Assembly: GCA_963771355.1 (NCBI GenBank)
Contig: CAVYTA010000006.1
Location: 2,400,001-2,464,000, forward strand
DNA from: an uncultured Candidatus Rokubacteria bacterium
GTDB taxonomy: Bacteria; Methylomirabilota; Methylomirabilia; Rokubacteriales; CSP1-6
Length of the DNA: 64,000 bases
Direction: 5' to 3'
Below the pieces are notes generated by a model that did no database searches, was not told the origin of the DNA, and saw only the letters and a program-made list of their open reading frames with translations. Made by a program: the position numbers and the translations under genes. Shown here piece after piece: positions 41,254-50,533 of the stretch; within the stretch, counting starts at the first letter, position 1; each line of letters opens with the position of its first letter.

Positions 41254-42369
41254 ATGGCCCGACTCCGGATCGTCACGGCCTTCCTCTTCGCCGCCGTCAT
41301 TCTCGCGCTGGGGCTCTACGCCACCGCCCAGCAGATGGACGAAGGCAAGCGGGACCGCGCGCTCGCGGTTCCCGGCGGCAAGTTCCACGCGCTGCCGGCG
41401 ACGCTCGAGACCACCCAGTGGGGCTGGCTCGATCCCAAGGAGCCGCCCAAGCTGGTGGTGAGCTCCGGCGACACCGTCGCCGTCGAGACCATGATGCACG
41501 CGCACAACAAGATCACGCCGGGCACGACCATGGACGAGATCGTCGGCCTCCGGAAGGCGAATCCGGGCGGCGGGCCCCACTCGCTGACCGGCCCCATCTA
41601 CGTCAACGGCGCCGAGCCCGGCGACGTGATGGAGATCCGCATCCTCAAGATCGTCCCGAAGGCCTTCGGGGTGAACTTCAACCTGCCCGGCAAGGAGTTC
41701 CCCACCATCGGCGCGCTCGCCCCCGAGATGCCGAATGGCTTCGTCCGGTACTTCTATCTGGACTGGGACAAGCGCCAGGCGGAGTTCAAGCCCGGCGTCA
41801 CCGTCGACCTCCAGCCCTTCCCCGGCACCCTGGCCGTCGGCATCGACCCCAAGGACCCCTCGCCCCGCAAGGGCGGCTCCACCGACCCGATGGCGCCGGT
41901 ATCTACCATCCGGCCGTGGAAGAACGGCTCCAACATGGACCTCAACGAGCTCCAGGAAGGGACGACCATCTTCATCCCCGTCTTCCTCAAGGGCGGCCTC
42001 GTCTGGACGGGGGATTCCCACTGCCGCCAGGGCAACGGCGAGGTGAACCTCACCGGGCTCGAGTGCTCCTACCGCGAGATCGTGATGCAGCTCATCGTGC
42101 GCAAGGACATGAAGCTCGAGTGGCCGCGGATGGAGACCCGGACCCACTGGATCATGATGGGATTCGACGAGGACCTCAACAAGGCAATGGTCAACGCCGT
42201 CCGCGAGACGGTGGACTTCCTCACCGCGCAGAAGATGGTGCCCCTGGACCGGTACGAGGCGTATTCCCTCACCTCGATGGTCGGCGATTGCCGCGTCACC
42301 CAGGTCGTCGACGTCCGCAAGGGCGTGCACTGCATGGTGCCCAAGGGCATCTTCACCGCCAAGAAGTAG
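41254..42369 (+). CDS. Acetamidase/formamidase family protein with signal peptide
   Basis: HSLTGPIYVNGAEPGD, GSNMD, GDSH..QGNGEV...GLE. Confidence 0.9.
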   Translation: MARLRIVTAFLFAAVILALGLYATAQQMDEGKRDRALAVPGGKFHALPATLETTQWGWLDPKEPPKLVVSSGDTVAVETMMHAHNKITPGTTMDEIVGLRKANPGGGPHSLTGPIYVNGAEPGDVMEIRILKIVPKAFGVNFNLPGKEFPTIGALAPEMPNGFVRYFYLDWDKRQAEFKPGVTVDLQPFPGTLAVGIDPKDPSPRKGGSTDPMAPVSTIRPWKNGSNMDLNELQEGTTIFIPVFLKGGLVWTGDSHCRQGNGEVNLTGLECSYREIVMQLIVRKDMKLEWPRMETRTHWIMMGFDEDLNKAMVNAVRETVDFLTAQKMVPLDRYEAYSLTSMVGDCRVTQVVDVRKGVHCMVPKGIFTAKK

Positions 42370-42372
42370 CCG

Positions 42373-43290
42373 GTGGCGCGCCTCCCGGCGCTCGCCGCCG
42401 TCCTGCTGCTCGCCGCCGCCCCCGCGTGGGGCGGCGGCGCCATCTCCGTCGTCACCACCACCACCGACCTCAAGGCGCTGGTGGAGGCGGTGGGAGGTGA
42501 CCGCGTGCGCGTGGAGCACCTCGCCCCCGCCATCCACGATCCGCACGCCGTCGAGGTCAAGCCGGCCCAGCTCGCGCGGCTCCGCGAGGCCGCCCTCCTC
42601 GTGCGCATCGGCCTCGACCACGAGCCTTGGCTGGCCCGCCCACTCCGCGCGGCGGGGAATGCCCGACTCCTGCCCCGCGGGCCCGGTGATCTCGACGTGT
42701 CGTCCGGGATCGAGCTCCTCCAGGCCGAGACGGTACGGGCGCGGCCGGAGCGCGGGGGACACGTCCACGGGCTGGGCAATACGCACTACTGGCTCGATCC
42801 CGAGAATGCGCGCGTCATGACCGCGACCATCCTCGGCGGCCTCGCGCGCCTGGCCCCCGCGGACCACGCGGTGTTCACCGCCAACCGCGCCCGCTTCCTG
42901 GAGCGCCTCGACGCGGGGCTCGCGCGCTGGTCCCGGGCGATGGGGCCGCTGGCGGGGCTGCGCGTGGTGGTGACGCATGACTCCTGGCCCTACTTCGCGC
43001 GCCGCTTCGGCCTCGTGGTGGTGGCGACGATCGAGCCGAGCCCCGGCGTGCCGCCCTCCCCGCAGTCGCTGGGCGCTCTCACCACCCGGATGCGCGAGGG
43101 CAGCGTGCGCCTCATTCTCGCCGAGCCCTGGTCCGATCCGTCGGTCATCGCGCAGGTGGCGGCCCGGAGCGGCGCGCGCGCGGTGATCCTGGCCTCATCG
43201 GTGGGGGCGGAGCCGGAGGCGCGCGATTACGTGGCGCTCTTCGACCTCAACGTCCGGCGGCTCGTGGCGGCCGCGACGGCCCCGCGCTAG
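42373..43290 (+). CDS. Zn/Mn ABC substrate-binding protein (ZnuA/TroA-like)
   Basis: DPHAVE, GHVHGLGNTHYWLDP, THDSWPYF. Confidence 0.9.
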   Translation: MARLPALAAVLLLAAAPAWGGGAISVVTTTTDLKALVEAVGGDRVRVEHLAPAIHDPHAVEVKPAQLARLREAALLVRIGLDHEPWLARPLRAAGNARLLPRGPGDLDVSSGIELLQAETVRARPERGGHVHGLGNTHYWLDPENARVMTATILGGLARLAPADHAVFTANRARFLERLDAGLARWSRAMGPLAGLRVVVTHDSWPYFARRFGLVVVATIEPSPGVPPSPQSLGALTTRMREGSVRLILAEPWSDPSVIAQVAARSGARAVILASSVGAEPEARDYVALFDLNVRRLVAAATAPR

Positions 43291-43310
43291 GCGCGCGCGG
43301 GCGCGGCGCC

Positions 43311-44603
43311 ATGCTCGACATCCTCGGCCTTCCCTTCCTCGCCTGTCTCGTGCTCACCGGCATCCACGTCTATCTGGGTCTCCACGTGCTCGCCCGCGGC
43401 GTCATCTTCGTGGACCTGGCGCTGGCCCAGGTGGCGGCGCTCGGCATCACCGTCGCGTACCTGGCGGGGCATCCCATCCAGAGCCCGGCCGCCTACTGGT
43501 ATGCGCTGGCCTTCGCGGTGGCCGGCGCGGCGCTCTTCGCGGTGAGCCGGACCCGGCGCGCCGCAATCCCGCAGGAGGCCATCATCGGCATCGTGTACGT
43601 GGTCTCCGCGGCGGCGGCGGTGCTCGTGGTGGACCGCGCGCCTCAGGGCAGCGAGCACATCAAGCAGCTCCTGGTGGGGGGCATCCTCACCGTGACGCCG
43701 GGCGAGGTGGGCGCGGTGGCCGCGCTCTACGCCGTGGTGGGCGCAGGCCACTGGCTCCTGCGCCGGCCCCTGCTGGAGATCTCGCTCGACCCCGAGGCCG
43801 CGCGGGCCCGGGGCCGCCGCATCGCCGCCTGGGATCTCTGCTTCTATGTCTCCTTCGCGCTGGTGGTCACGAGCTCGGTGCGCATGGCCGGCGTGCTCCT
43901 CGTCTTCTCGTACCTCATCATTCCGGCCGCCCTGGGGACGCTGCTGGCGAGCTCGATCAAGGGCCGGCTCGCCGTCGGCTGGGCCGCGGGGGCCCTGGTG
44001 AGCGCCACCGGGCTCGCGGCCGCCTATCGCTGGGACCTGCCCACCGGCGCCAGCGTGGTGACGACCTTCGGCGCGCTCGCCGCCCTCACCGCGCTCGCGC
44101 TGGGCGCGGGAGCGATCTGGCGCGGCGTGCGGGCCCAGGGCTGGCGCGCGCTCCGGGGGATGGCGCTGGTGGCGAGCACCGCCGTCGCGCTCGCCGGGCT
44201 CCTCCTCCTCGCCTTCCCCGCCATGGATCATCTCTGGCTCGACCTCCTCGAAGCGGGCCTGCCGCGCGTGCGCACCTTCTTTCTCACCGCCCGCGAGCGA
44301 GAGACCGATACGGAGAGCCGCGCGGCGGTGGCCCGCGCCGACGCGGAGCTGGAGCGACTGCGGACGCTCCAGCAGGACGTGCAGTGGGGAACGCGCGGGA
44401 TGCCGCCGGAGATGCAGGAGCGCCTCCGGCAATTCCTCGCCGGCCGCGGTGAGATCGCGGCGGGCGACCGCATGGTGCTGGCGACCTTGCGAGCGCGGGC
44501 CCGCGCTCGTCAGCGGGTGTGGCTCGGCCTGCCGCTCTTCCTGGGCGGCGCGGCCCTCACCGCGGCCGGCCTCCGCCGCCGCGCGGCCGCCACCGGCTCG
44601 TAG
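43311..44603 (+). CDS. Zn/Mn ABC permease with C-terminal extension
   Basis: RGVIFVDLALAQVAALG, AGVLLVFSYLIIPA; about 150 extra C-terminal residues. Confidence 0.88.
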   Translation: MLDILGLPFLACLVLTGIHVYLGLHVLARGVIFVDLALAQVAALGITVAYLAGHPIQSPAAYWYALAFAVAGAALFAVSRTRRAAIPQEAIIGIVYVVSAAAAVLVVDRAPQGSEHIKQLLVGGILTVTPGEVGAVAALYAVVGAGHWLLRRPLLEISLDPEAARARGRRIAAWDLCFYVSFALVVTSSVRMAGVLLVFSYLIIPAALGTLLASSIKGRLAVGWAAGALVSATGLAAAYRWDLPTGASVVTTFGALAALTALALGAGAIWRGVRAQGWRALRGMALVASTAVALAGLLLLAFPAMDHLWLDLLEAGLPRVRTFFLTARERETDTESRAAVARADAELERLRTLQQDVQWGTRGMPPEMQERLRQFLAGRGEIAAGDRMVLATLRARARARQRVWLGLPLFLGGAALTAAGLRRRAAATGS

Positions 44604-45148
44604 AGCTGCCCCGTCTGCACCGTGCGGTGGTAGTGGAAGAGCGTGAGCTCGACCAGGCGTGGGGTGGTGCGTCGCGCGCGCGCCTGCGTGCGCAGGAGGC
44701 GGAGGAACTGCTCCCAGTGCGCGGCGCCGAAGCCCCGACCGGCCGGGCACGCCTCCACCGCGCCGAGCGAGTGGAGCAGCTGCCACACGCGGATATCGAG
44801 CACGCCGTAGCGGCGTGGCTCGATGAGGGTGAGGATGGCGGACGCCGTGGGTACGCTCACGCCGCGCAGCGCGGTCAGGAGCGCCAGGCGCCGACGCTCG
44901 CTCCGGGTAGAGAGCACCGCGCGGGCCACCCGCCGCACGGTGTCGGCGGAGTGCCGGCGGTAGTGAAGTAGCGCGCGGGGACTCTTCCAGCGGCACATGG
45001 CGAGGAAGGCAGCGCGGTCGAACTCGCCCGCGCGCCGCACCCCGCGCAGCCGCTCCATCAGGGCGGCGGTGCCGGGATCCTCGGGCGAGACCGGCACCGC
45101 GCGGAGGAGCGCGGCCAGGCTCCCGAACGGGATGCGGCCGGTGCCCAG
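44510..45148 (-). CDS. Helix-hairpin-helix (DNA glycosylase-like) hypothetical protein; start uncertain (CTG 45148 or ATG 45058)
   Basis: CRWKSPR, LTALRGVSVPTASAIL, RYGVLDIRV (HhH motif plus downstream Asp). Confidence 0.65.
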   Translation of the reverse strand: MGTGRIPFGSLAALLRAVPVSPEDPGTAALMERLRGVRRAGEFDRAAFLAMCRWKSPRALLHYRRHSADTVRRVARAVLSTRSERRRLALLTALRGVSVPTASAILTLIEPRRYGVLDIRVWQLLHSLGAVEACPAGRGFGAAHWEQFLRLLRTQARARRTTPRLVELTLFHYHRTVQTGQLYEPVAAARRRRPAAVRAAPPRKSGRPSHTR

Positions 45149-45155
45149 GGTCCCC

Positions 45156-46118
45156 TCAGGTGGTGGCGCCGGCTTCCAGCGTCGGCAGGTAGTGCGGCGC
45201 GTCGGGGAAGCCGATGGGACGGATGGCGGGCAGCGTGACACCGGCGTCGCGGTGGGCGGCGACGAAGGCGGCGAGCGTCCGATAGTCGCCGACCGCGCCG
45301 AGCGCGCCGGCGAGACGATCGGGCACCGCTTCCGGCGCGGGCGCGCGATCGTAGGCGGCCAGCTCGGCGCCGAAGCCGCTCTTCTCCAGCATGGCGCGGT
45401 AGAAGGGCAGCGCGAGGTAGCGCGTGAGCTCGCGCTTGAAGAGCGCCAGCGCGGCGCCGCGGTCCACCGTGATGGCCGCGGGCACCGCCGCCACGATCTC
45501 GAAGCCGGCCATCGGCTTGCCGGCGCGCTCGCGGCCCCGCCGGATGGCGGGCAGCGCCTCGCGGCGGATGTAGTCGGGGGCGCACAGCCACAGCACGGCA
45601 CCGTCGGCGATCTCGCCCGCCAGCTCGAGCATCTTCGGTCCGAGGCCACCCAGGAGCACCGGCGGCGGTGCGGGCAGACTGAGCATGCCGCTCTGCCAGT
45701 CCACCTGATACCGCGGCCCCTGGTGCCGGACCTTTCCCGTGAGCGCGCCGCGCAGCACCGTCACGTACTCGCGCATCACGTCGAGCGGACGGCCCATGTC
45801 GAGCCCGAGGCCCTGTCCCACCATGGGGGCGTGGCTGACCCCGATCCCGAGCTGTAGACGTCCGCCGCTCACCTCGGCGAGGGTCAGCGCCTCCTGGGCA
45901 AGCAGCACTGGATGCCGCGGATAGATCGGGATCACGCCGGAGCCCAGGCCCACCCGGGGCGCGACGAAGCCGTAGGCGGCGAGGACGAGGAGGGCGTCGC
46001 GGCCCAGGCCGTGCGTGCACCAGACGCTGTCGTAGCCGAGGGTGTCCGCGCGCGCCGCCAGCGCGATCGAGTCGGCGAGCACGGCGCCCGGATTGACGAA
46101 GCAGGCGATGCGCGGCAT
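45156..46118 (-). CDS. LLM-class flavin-dependent oxidoreductase
   Basis: GYDSVW, GSGVIPIYPRHP, GGRLQLGIG, LGPKMLELAGEIADG. Confidence 0.92.
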   Translation of the reverse strand: MPRIACFVNPGAVLADSIALAARADTLGYDSVWCTHGLGRDALLVLAAYGFVAPRVGLGSGVIPIYPRHPVLLAQEALTLAEVSGGRLQLGIGVSHAPMVGQGLGLDMGRPLDVMREYVTVLRGALTGKVRHQGPRYQVDWQSGMLSLPAPPPVLLGGLGPKMLELAGEIADGAVLWLCAPDYIRREALPAIRRGRERAGKPMAGFEIVAAVPAAITVDRGAALALFKRELTRYLALPFYRAMLEKSGFGAELAAYDRAPAPEAVPDRLAGALGAVGDYRTLAAFVAAHRDAGVTLPAIRPIGFPDAPHYLPTLEAGATT

Positions 46119-46125
46119 CAGCGGC

Positions 46126-46746
46126 TCATGCGCGCGGCCGCACGCCCGCGCCGGCCAGCAGCGCCGCGAGATCGTCGCCCTTGTCCAGCTGATAGCGGAT
46201 GGCCGTCATGCCGACGGTCTTGGCCGCCTCGATGTTCTGGTCCCAGTCGTCCACGAAGACGCACTCGGCGGGATCCAGTCCGAGCCGCCCCGCGGCGAGC
46301 CGGAAGATCTCCGGCTCGGGCTTGGCCATCCCCACCTCCGCCGAGCAGACGATGTCGTCGAAGAGGTGGTGAATGCGCATCTCGTCCTCCAGACGCCCGC
46401 GGAGCGAGCCGTCGGCGTTGCTCAGCACCGAGAGCTTGTAGGGGGGGCGGAGGCGTCCGACCAGCTCGAGATTCGCCGCGATGGGGCGCTGGGCCCGACG
46501 CCACTCCTCGTGCAAGGCCGGCAGCGCCCGGCCCGCGCGCGTCTCGAGCTCCGCGTGGGCGCGCGCCTTCCAGGCCTCGGCATCGCCGATGCCGCGCTCG
46601 ATGTCGCGCCAGGTATCGGTGCGGTAGAGAGTCTCGAAGATGGATGAGCGGGGCAGACCATGCTGCTCGGAGAGCGTGCGTGCCACGTCCCAGCGCATGT
46701 CCCAGAGGACGCCGCCGAAATCGAAGACGACAGCTCGGAGGCTAAT
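46126..46746 (-). CDS. HAD-IA family phosphatase; apparent ATT start
   Basis: VVFDFGGVL motif I lies upstream of the first ATG; LSN, KPEPEIF, FVDD. Confidence 0.85.
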   Translation of the reverse strand: MSLRAVVFDFGGVLWDMRWDVARTLSEQHGLPRSSIFETLYRTDTWRDIERGIGDAEAWKARAHAELETRAGRALPALHEEWRRAQRPIAANLELVGRLRPPYKLSVLSNADGSLRGRLEDEMRIHHLFDDIVCSAEVGMAKPEPEIFRLAAGRLGLDPAECVFVDDWDQNIEAAKTVGMTAIRYQLDKGDDLAALLAGAGVRPRA

Positions 46747-47014
46747 AGCGTCCGGACTTCAAGTTCATGCCCGAGCCGGCGGGAGGGACCTCCTTCACCT
46801 TCGGGGTACGATCGCCCGACAACGACACCCAGCCGCGTTGCTGGAGACATTCCTCGTTGAGGACGCGGCCCTTGGTGCAGGCCTTGCTGTCGCGCTCGAA
46901 CTCGGAGGCGCTGTAGTCACCGCTCGGCTTGTACCACTGCCGCTCCGGCTCCAGCGACTGGCAGCCGGCGAGGAGAATTCCGAGCGCGAGCGCCGAGGCC
47001 ATCAAGCGGTTCAC
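46742..47014 (-). CDS. Small lipoprotein
   Basis: GTG 7 nt after TATCAT; hydrophobic stretch, lipobox LAG-C, two further Cys. Confidence 0.7.
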   Translation of the reverse strand: MNRLMASALALGILLAGCQSLEPERQWYKPSGDYSASEFERDSKACTKGRVLNEECLQQRGWVSLSGDRTPKVKEVPPAGSGMNLKSGRY

Positions 47015-47019
47015 GACGC

Positions 47020-47033
47020 ACATGATACCATGC
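47020..47033. promoter_or_regulatory. Overlapping bidirectional extended -10 promoter
   Basis: CATGATACCATG reads TGaTACCAT on + and TGgTATCAT on -; the divergent starts are only 26 nt apart. Confidence 0.6.
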
Positions 47034-47040
47034 GGCCGAA

Positions 47041-48063
47041 ATGCTAGAGACTACCATCGCGGGAAGCCTCCCCAAGCCGGCCTGGCTGGCCGCGCCGCAG
47101 GCGCTCTGGGCCCCCTGGCGGGCGGAGGGCGCCGCGCTGGAGGAGGCCAAGCGCGACGCGGTGGCGCTGGCGCTCCGCGAGCAGGAGCGGGCGGGCATCG
47201 ACATCGTCACCGACGGCGAGCAGAGCCGCCGGCACTTCGTGTGGGGCTTCGTCGAGGCGCTCGACGGGGTGGACTTCACCAAGATGGTCACCATCGGCAT
47301 CCGCGCCGACCGCTACCAGGCCGACGTCCCCACCGTCACCGCCCCCGTCCGGCGCCGCGGCTCCATCCACTCCGCCGAAGTCCGGTTCGCGCGCAGCCAG
47401 ACCCAGCGGCCGCTCAAGTTCACCATGCCGGGGCCCATGACCATCGTGGACACCATCCACGACGCGCACTACCGGAGCCGCGCGCGCCTGGGCATGGCGC
47501 TGGCGCGGCTCATCAACGAGGAGGCGCGCGAGCTGGAGGCGCTGGGGGTGGACGTGATCCAGCTCGACGAGCCCGCCTTCAACGTGTACATGGACGAGGT
47601 GCGCGACTGGGGGCTGGAAGCGCTGGACACCGCGGTGGACGGCCTGCGCTGCCGCACCGCCGTCCACATCTGCTACGGCTACGGGATCAAGGCCAACACC
47701 GACTGGAAGCAGACCCTCGGCGGCGAGTGGCGCCAGTACGAGCAGACCTTCCCCCTGCTGGCCCGGAGCCGCGTGGGCGGCGTGTCCCTGGAATGCGCGG
47801 CCGCCCGGGTACCCATCTCGCTGATCGGCTTGCTCGGCGACAAGGACATCCTGCTCGGCGCGGTGGACGTGGCCAGCGACAGCGTCGAGACGCCGGCGCA
47901 GGTGGCCGCCGTCATCCGCGAGGGCCTCAAGCACGTCCGGCCCGAGCGCCTGTTCCCCTGCACCAACTGCGGCATGGTCCCGCTCACCCGTGACGTCGCG
48001 GTCGGCAAGCTCCACGCGCTCGCCGCCGGCGCCGCCCTGGTCCGCAAGGAGCTCGGCGGCTAG
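47041..48063 (+). CDS. mesD: Folate-independent core methionine synthase, MesD-like
   Basis: AGSLPKPAWL, LWAPW, DEPAFN, HICYGYGIKANTDWK, EWRQYE, PCTNCG match the MesD family as recalled. Confidence 0.75.
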   Translation: MLETTIAGSLPKPAWLAAPQALWAPWRAEGAALEEAKRDAVALALREQERAGIDIVTDGEQSRRHFVWGFVEALDGVDFTKMVTIGIRADRYQADVPTVTAPVRRRGSIHSAEVRFARSQTQRPLKFTMPGPMTIVDTIHDAHYRSRARLGMALARLINEEARELEALGVDVIQLDEPAFNVYMDEVRDWGLEALDTAVDGLRCRTAVHICYGYGIKANTDWKQTLGGEWRQYEQTFPLLARSRVGGVSLECAAARVPISLIGLLGDKDILLGAVDVASDSVETPAQVAAVIREGLKHVRPERLFPCTNCGMVPLTRDVAVGKLHALAAGAALVRKELGG

Positions 48064-48084
48064 ACCGTCCCGCCCCGCGATCCC

Positions 48085-48843
48085 CTAGGCGACCTTGATG
48101 ATGCCCGGCTCCACCTCGTCGAAGCGCTTCGCCACCTCGGGGTCGTGGCCGGTGACTACCCTCGCCGGCGAGCCGGCCAGCTCGTCGATGCGCTCGAAGC
48201 CCTGCAGCATCTGCGGCAGGTTGGTGATGATCTGCACCGGATCGCGCCGCTCGATGTTCCGGTAGAAGTGCGAGGCGTCCGACGTCAGCACCACGGTGCC
48301 CTTGGCCGTCTCCACCGAGACCACCTGAAGCCCGGCGGTATGCCCGCCGATCAGGTGCGCGGTGATACCCGGCAGCACCGGCGTCTCGCCCTCCACCAGG
48401 CGGACGCGCCCGGCATAGTTCAGCTTGACCAGGTCGGCCAGCGGTTCCGCCTCGGCGAAGAAGCGGTAGTGGGCGTGCTGCCCCCCGAAGCCGGTCCAGA
48501 ACGCCATCTCCTCCCGCTGCACCCAGAAGCGCGCGCCGGGGAAGAACTGGTAGCCATCCCAGTGATCCCAGTGCAGGTGCGAGATCAGAGCCACCGGCAC
48601 CTCCGCCGCCTTCACCCCCACCCGCGCCAGCATGTCCGCCGGGCTCACCCACTTCCGGGCCTCGCGCCGCTGGGCGTCCGCGGCGGAGAATCCGGTGTCG
48701 AGCACGATGGGATAGGGGCCGCCCAGGATCACCCAGAGGTAGAAGTGGAGCGTGAGCGTGTCCTGCGATGGCTCGCGGAAGAAGAACGTGCACTGCTTGG
48801 TGTCCCGCTCCGCGTACTTGAGCGCGTAGATCTGATAGGGCAT
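48085..48843 (-). CDS. N-acyl homoserine lactonase-family MBL hydrolase
   Basis: LDTG, SHLHWDH, GGHTAG, TSD, GHD. Confidence 0.88.
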   Translation of the reverse strand: MPYQIYALKYAERDTKQCTFFFREPSQDTLTLHFYLWVILGGPYPIVLDTGFSAADAQRREARKWVSPADMLARVGVKAAEVPVALISHLHWDHWDGYQFFPGARFWVQREEMAFWTGFGGQHAHYRFFAEAEPLADLVKLNYAGRVRLVEGETPVLPGITAHLIGGHTAGLQVVSVETAKGTVVLTSDASHFYRNIERRDPVQIITNLPQMLQGFERIDELAGSPARVVTGHDPEVAKRFDEVEPGIIKVA

Positions 48844-48875
48844 GGCGCGGATGCCTCCTCGCGAGGGATGAGGGC

Positions 48876-50501
48876 TCAGTAACCAAGGGCGGCGCCGTCG
48901 CTGCGCGGATCGCAGGCGCCCAGGCGCTCCCCCGTCTCCGGGTCCAGGGTGATGCCGTGCGCATGGCCGGCGCGCTCGTTCCAGTCCGCCCAGCGGTTGA
49001 TGACGTGGCCGCGCCGGGCGAGCTCGTCGAAGGTCCGCTCGGGGAATCGGCCCTCCATGTTCAGGAGGTCGCGAGGCTCGCCGAGGCCGAAGCGGCCGGA
49101 CAGCCACCGTGGTGCGCTCACCGCCTGCTGCGCGTCGAGGCCGAAGTCGATCATCGCGGTATAGGCCTGCAGGTGGATCTGCGGCTGACCGTCGGCGCCC
49201 ATGCAGCCGAATACCTGCCAGAGCCGGTCGTCCCGGAAGGCGAGCGACGCGATCAGGGTGTGCAGGGGCCGCTTGCCGGACTCGAGGCGATTGGGATGAG
49301 CGGGATCGAGCGAGAAGTAAGCCCCGCGATTCTGCAGCACGATGCCCGTCCGCCCGGCCACCACCCCGGCGCCGAAGAGGCCGTAGAGACTCATGATGAG
49401 CGAGGCCGCGTTGCCCTCGGCGTCCACCGCCGCCACGTACACCGTGTCGCCCACCAGGCTTCCCGCGTCGGGCACCCGGTCCCAGGGCAAGGCGCGCGCG
49501 GGGTCGATCACCCGCCGGCGCTCCGCGATGTAGGCGTCGGAGAGGAGCCGCGACACCGGCACCTCCACGAAGCGCGGATCGCCGAGCACGCGGTCGCGGT
49601 CATGGAAGCTGATCTGCTTGGCCTGGATGAGCAGGTGCACGTGATCCGGGCCGAGATACTCGAGATCACCGACGTCGAACCCCTCGAGGAGCCGGAGCAT
49701 CTGGAGCACGGTGACACCTTGAGTGGGCGGCGGCGTCTCGAAGATGGTGACGCCGCGGTACCGGGCGGACAGCGGCTCCCCCCACTCCGCGCGCTGGGCG
49801 CGAAAGTCCGCCGCGGTGGTGAGCCCGCCGCGCCCGCGCGCCCAGCGGGCGATCTCGCCGGCCACCTCGCCCTCGTAGAACTCAGCGCGCCCGGTGGCGC
49901 CGATGGCCTCCAGCGTCCGCGCGAGATCGGGATTCCGGAGCGTCTCCCCCGCGCGGGGCGGCCGACCGCCGGGGAGAAACAGCGCGGCGGCGTCGGGATC
50001 CGCCGCGAGCACCGGCGCGGTCTCCGTGATCGCGTGCGCGAGCCGCGCGGTGGCCGGGTAGCCGGCGCGCGCGTACTCGACGGCGGGGGCGAGGAGACGC
50101 GCGAGGGGCAGCCGCCCGTACGCGGCATGGGCCTCGAGCCAGCCGTCCACCGCGCCGGGCACCGTCACCGTGGCGGGCAAGACGCCACGGTAGGGAATCT
50201 CCATGAGGCCGCGCGCGCGAAAAGCGTCCAGCGTGGCGGCGGCGGTGGCGGCTCCGCCCGCGTCGAGGAAGCGCACGCCGCCGGCACGGGCAGGATGGAT
50301 GAGCCAGAAGGCGTCGCCGCCCACGCTGGTCATGTGCGGGTACACGACCGCGAGCACCGCGCTCGCCGCGATGGCGGCGTCCACCGCGGAGCCGCCGGCG
50401 CGCAGCGCTTCCCGGCCGGCCTCCGAGCCGAGCGCGTGGGGGCACGTCACCATCCCACGCCCGGCCCGCGCCAGCGGCCTCTCCGTCTCCACGCTCTCCA
50501 T
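48876..50501 (-). CDS. ggt: Gamma-glutamyltransferase
   Basis: GSAVDAAIA, GGDAF, TVPGAV, GDT autocleavage Thr, LQNRG, KRPLHT, DPRSDG. Confidence 0.92.
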   Translation of the reverse strand: MESVETERPLARAGRGMVTCPHALGSEAGREALRAGGSAVDAAIAASAVLAVVYPHMTSVGGDAFWLIHPARAGGVRFLDAGGAATAAATLDAFRARGLMEIPYRGVLPATVTVPGAVDGWLEAHAAYGRLPLARLLAPAVEYARAGYPATARLAHAITETAPVLAADPDAAALFLPGGRPPRAGETLRNPDLARTLEAIGATGRAEFYEGEVAGEIARWARGRGGLTTAADFRAQRAEWGEPLSARYRGVTIFETPPPTQGVTVLQMLRLLEGFDVGDLEYLGPDHVHLLIQAKQISFHDRDRVLGDPRFVEVPVSRLLSDAYIAERRRVIDPARALPWDRVPDAGSLVGDTVYVAAVDAEGNAASLIMSLYGLFGAGVVAGRTGIVLQNRGAYFSLDPAHPNRLESGKRPLHTLIASLAFRDDRLWQVFGCMGADGQPQIHLQAYTAMIDFGLDAQQAVSAPRWLSGRFGLGEPRDLLNMEGRFPERTFDELARRGHVINRWADWNERAGHAHGITLDPETGERLGACDPRSDGAALGY

Positions 50502-50533
50502 CGAGCCCGATTGCGCCGCGCGTCTCACGCGAG

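Noticed and set aside
48085..48843. Quorum-quenching function for the lactonase-family gene
   Set aside because: The family is broad and nothing in the sequence or context specifies AHL substrates.
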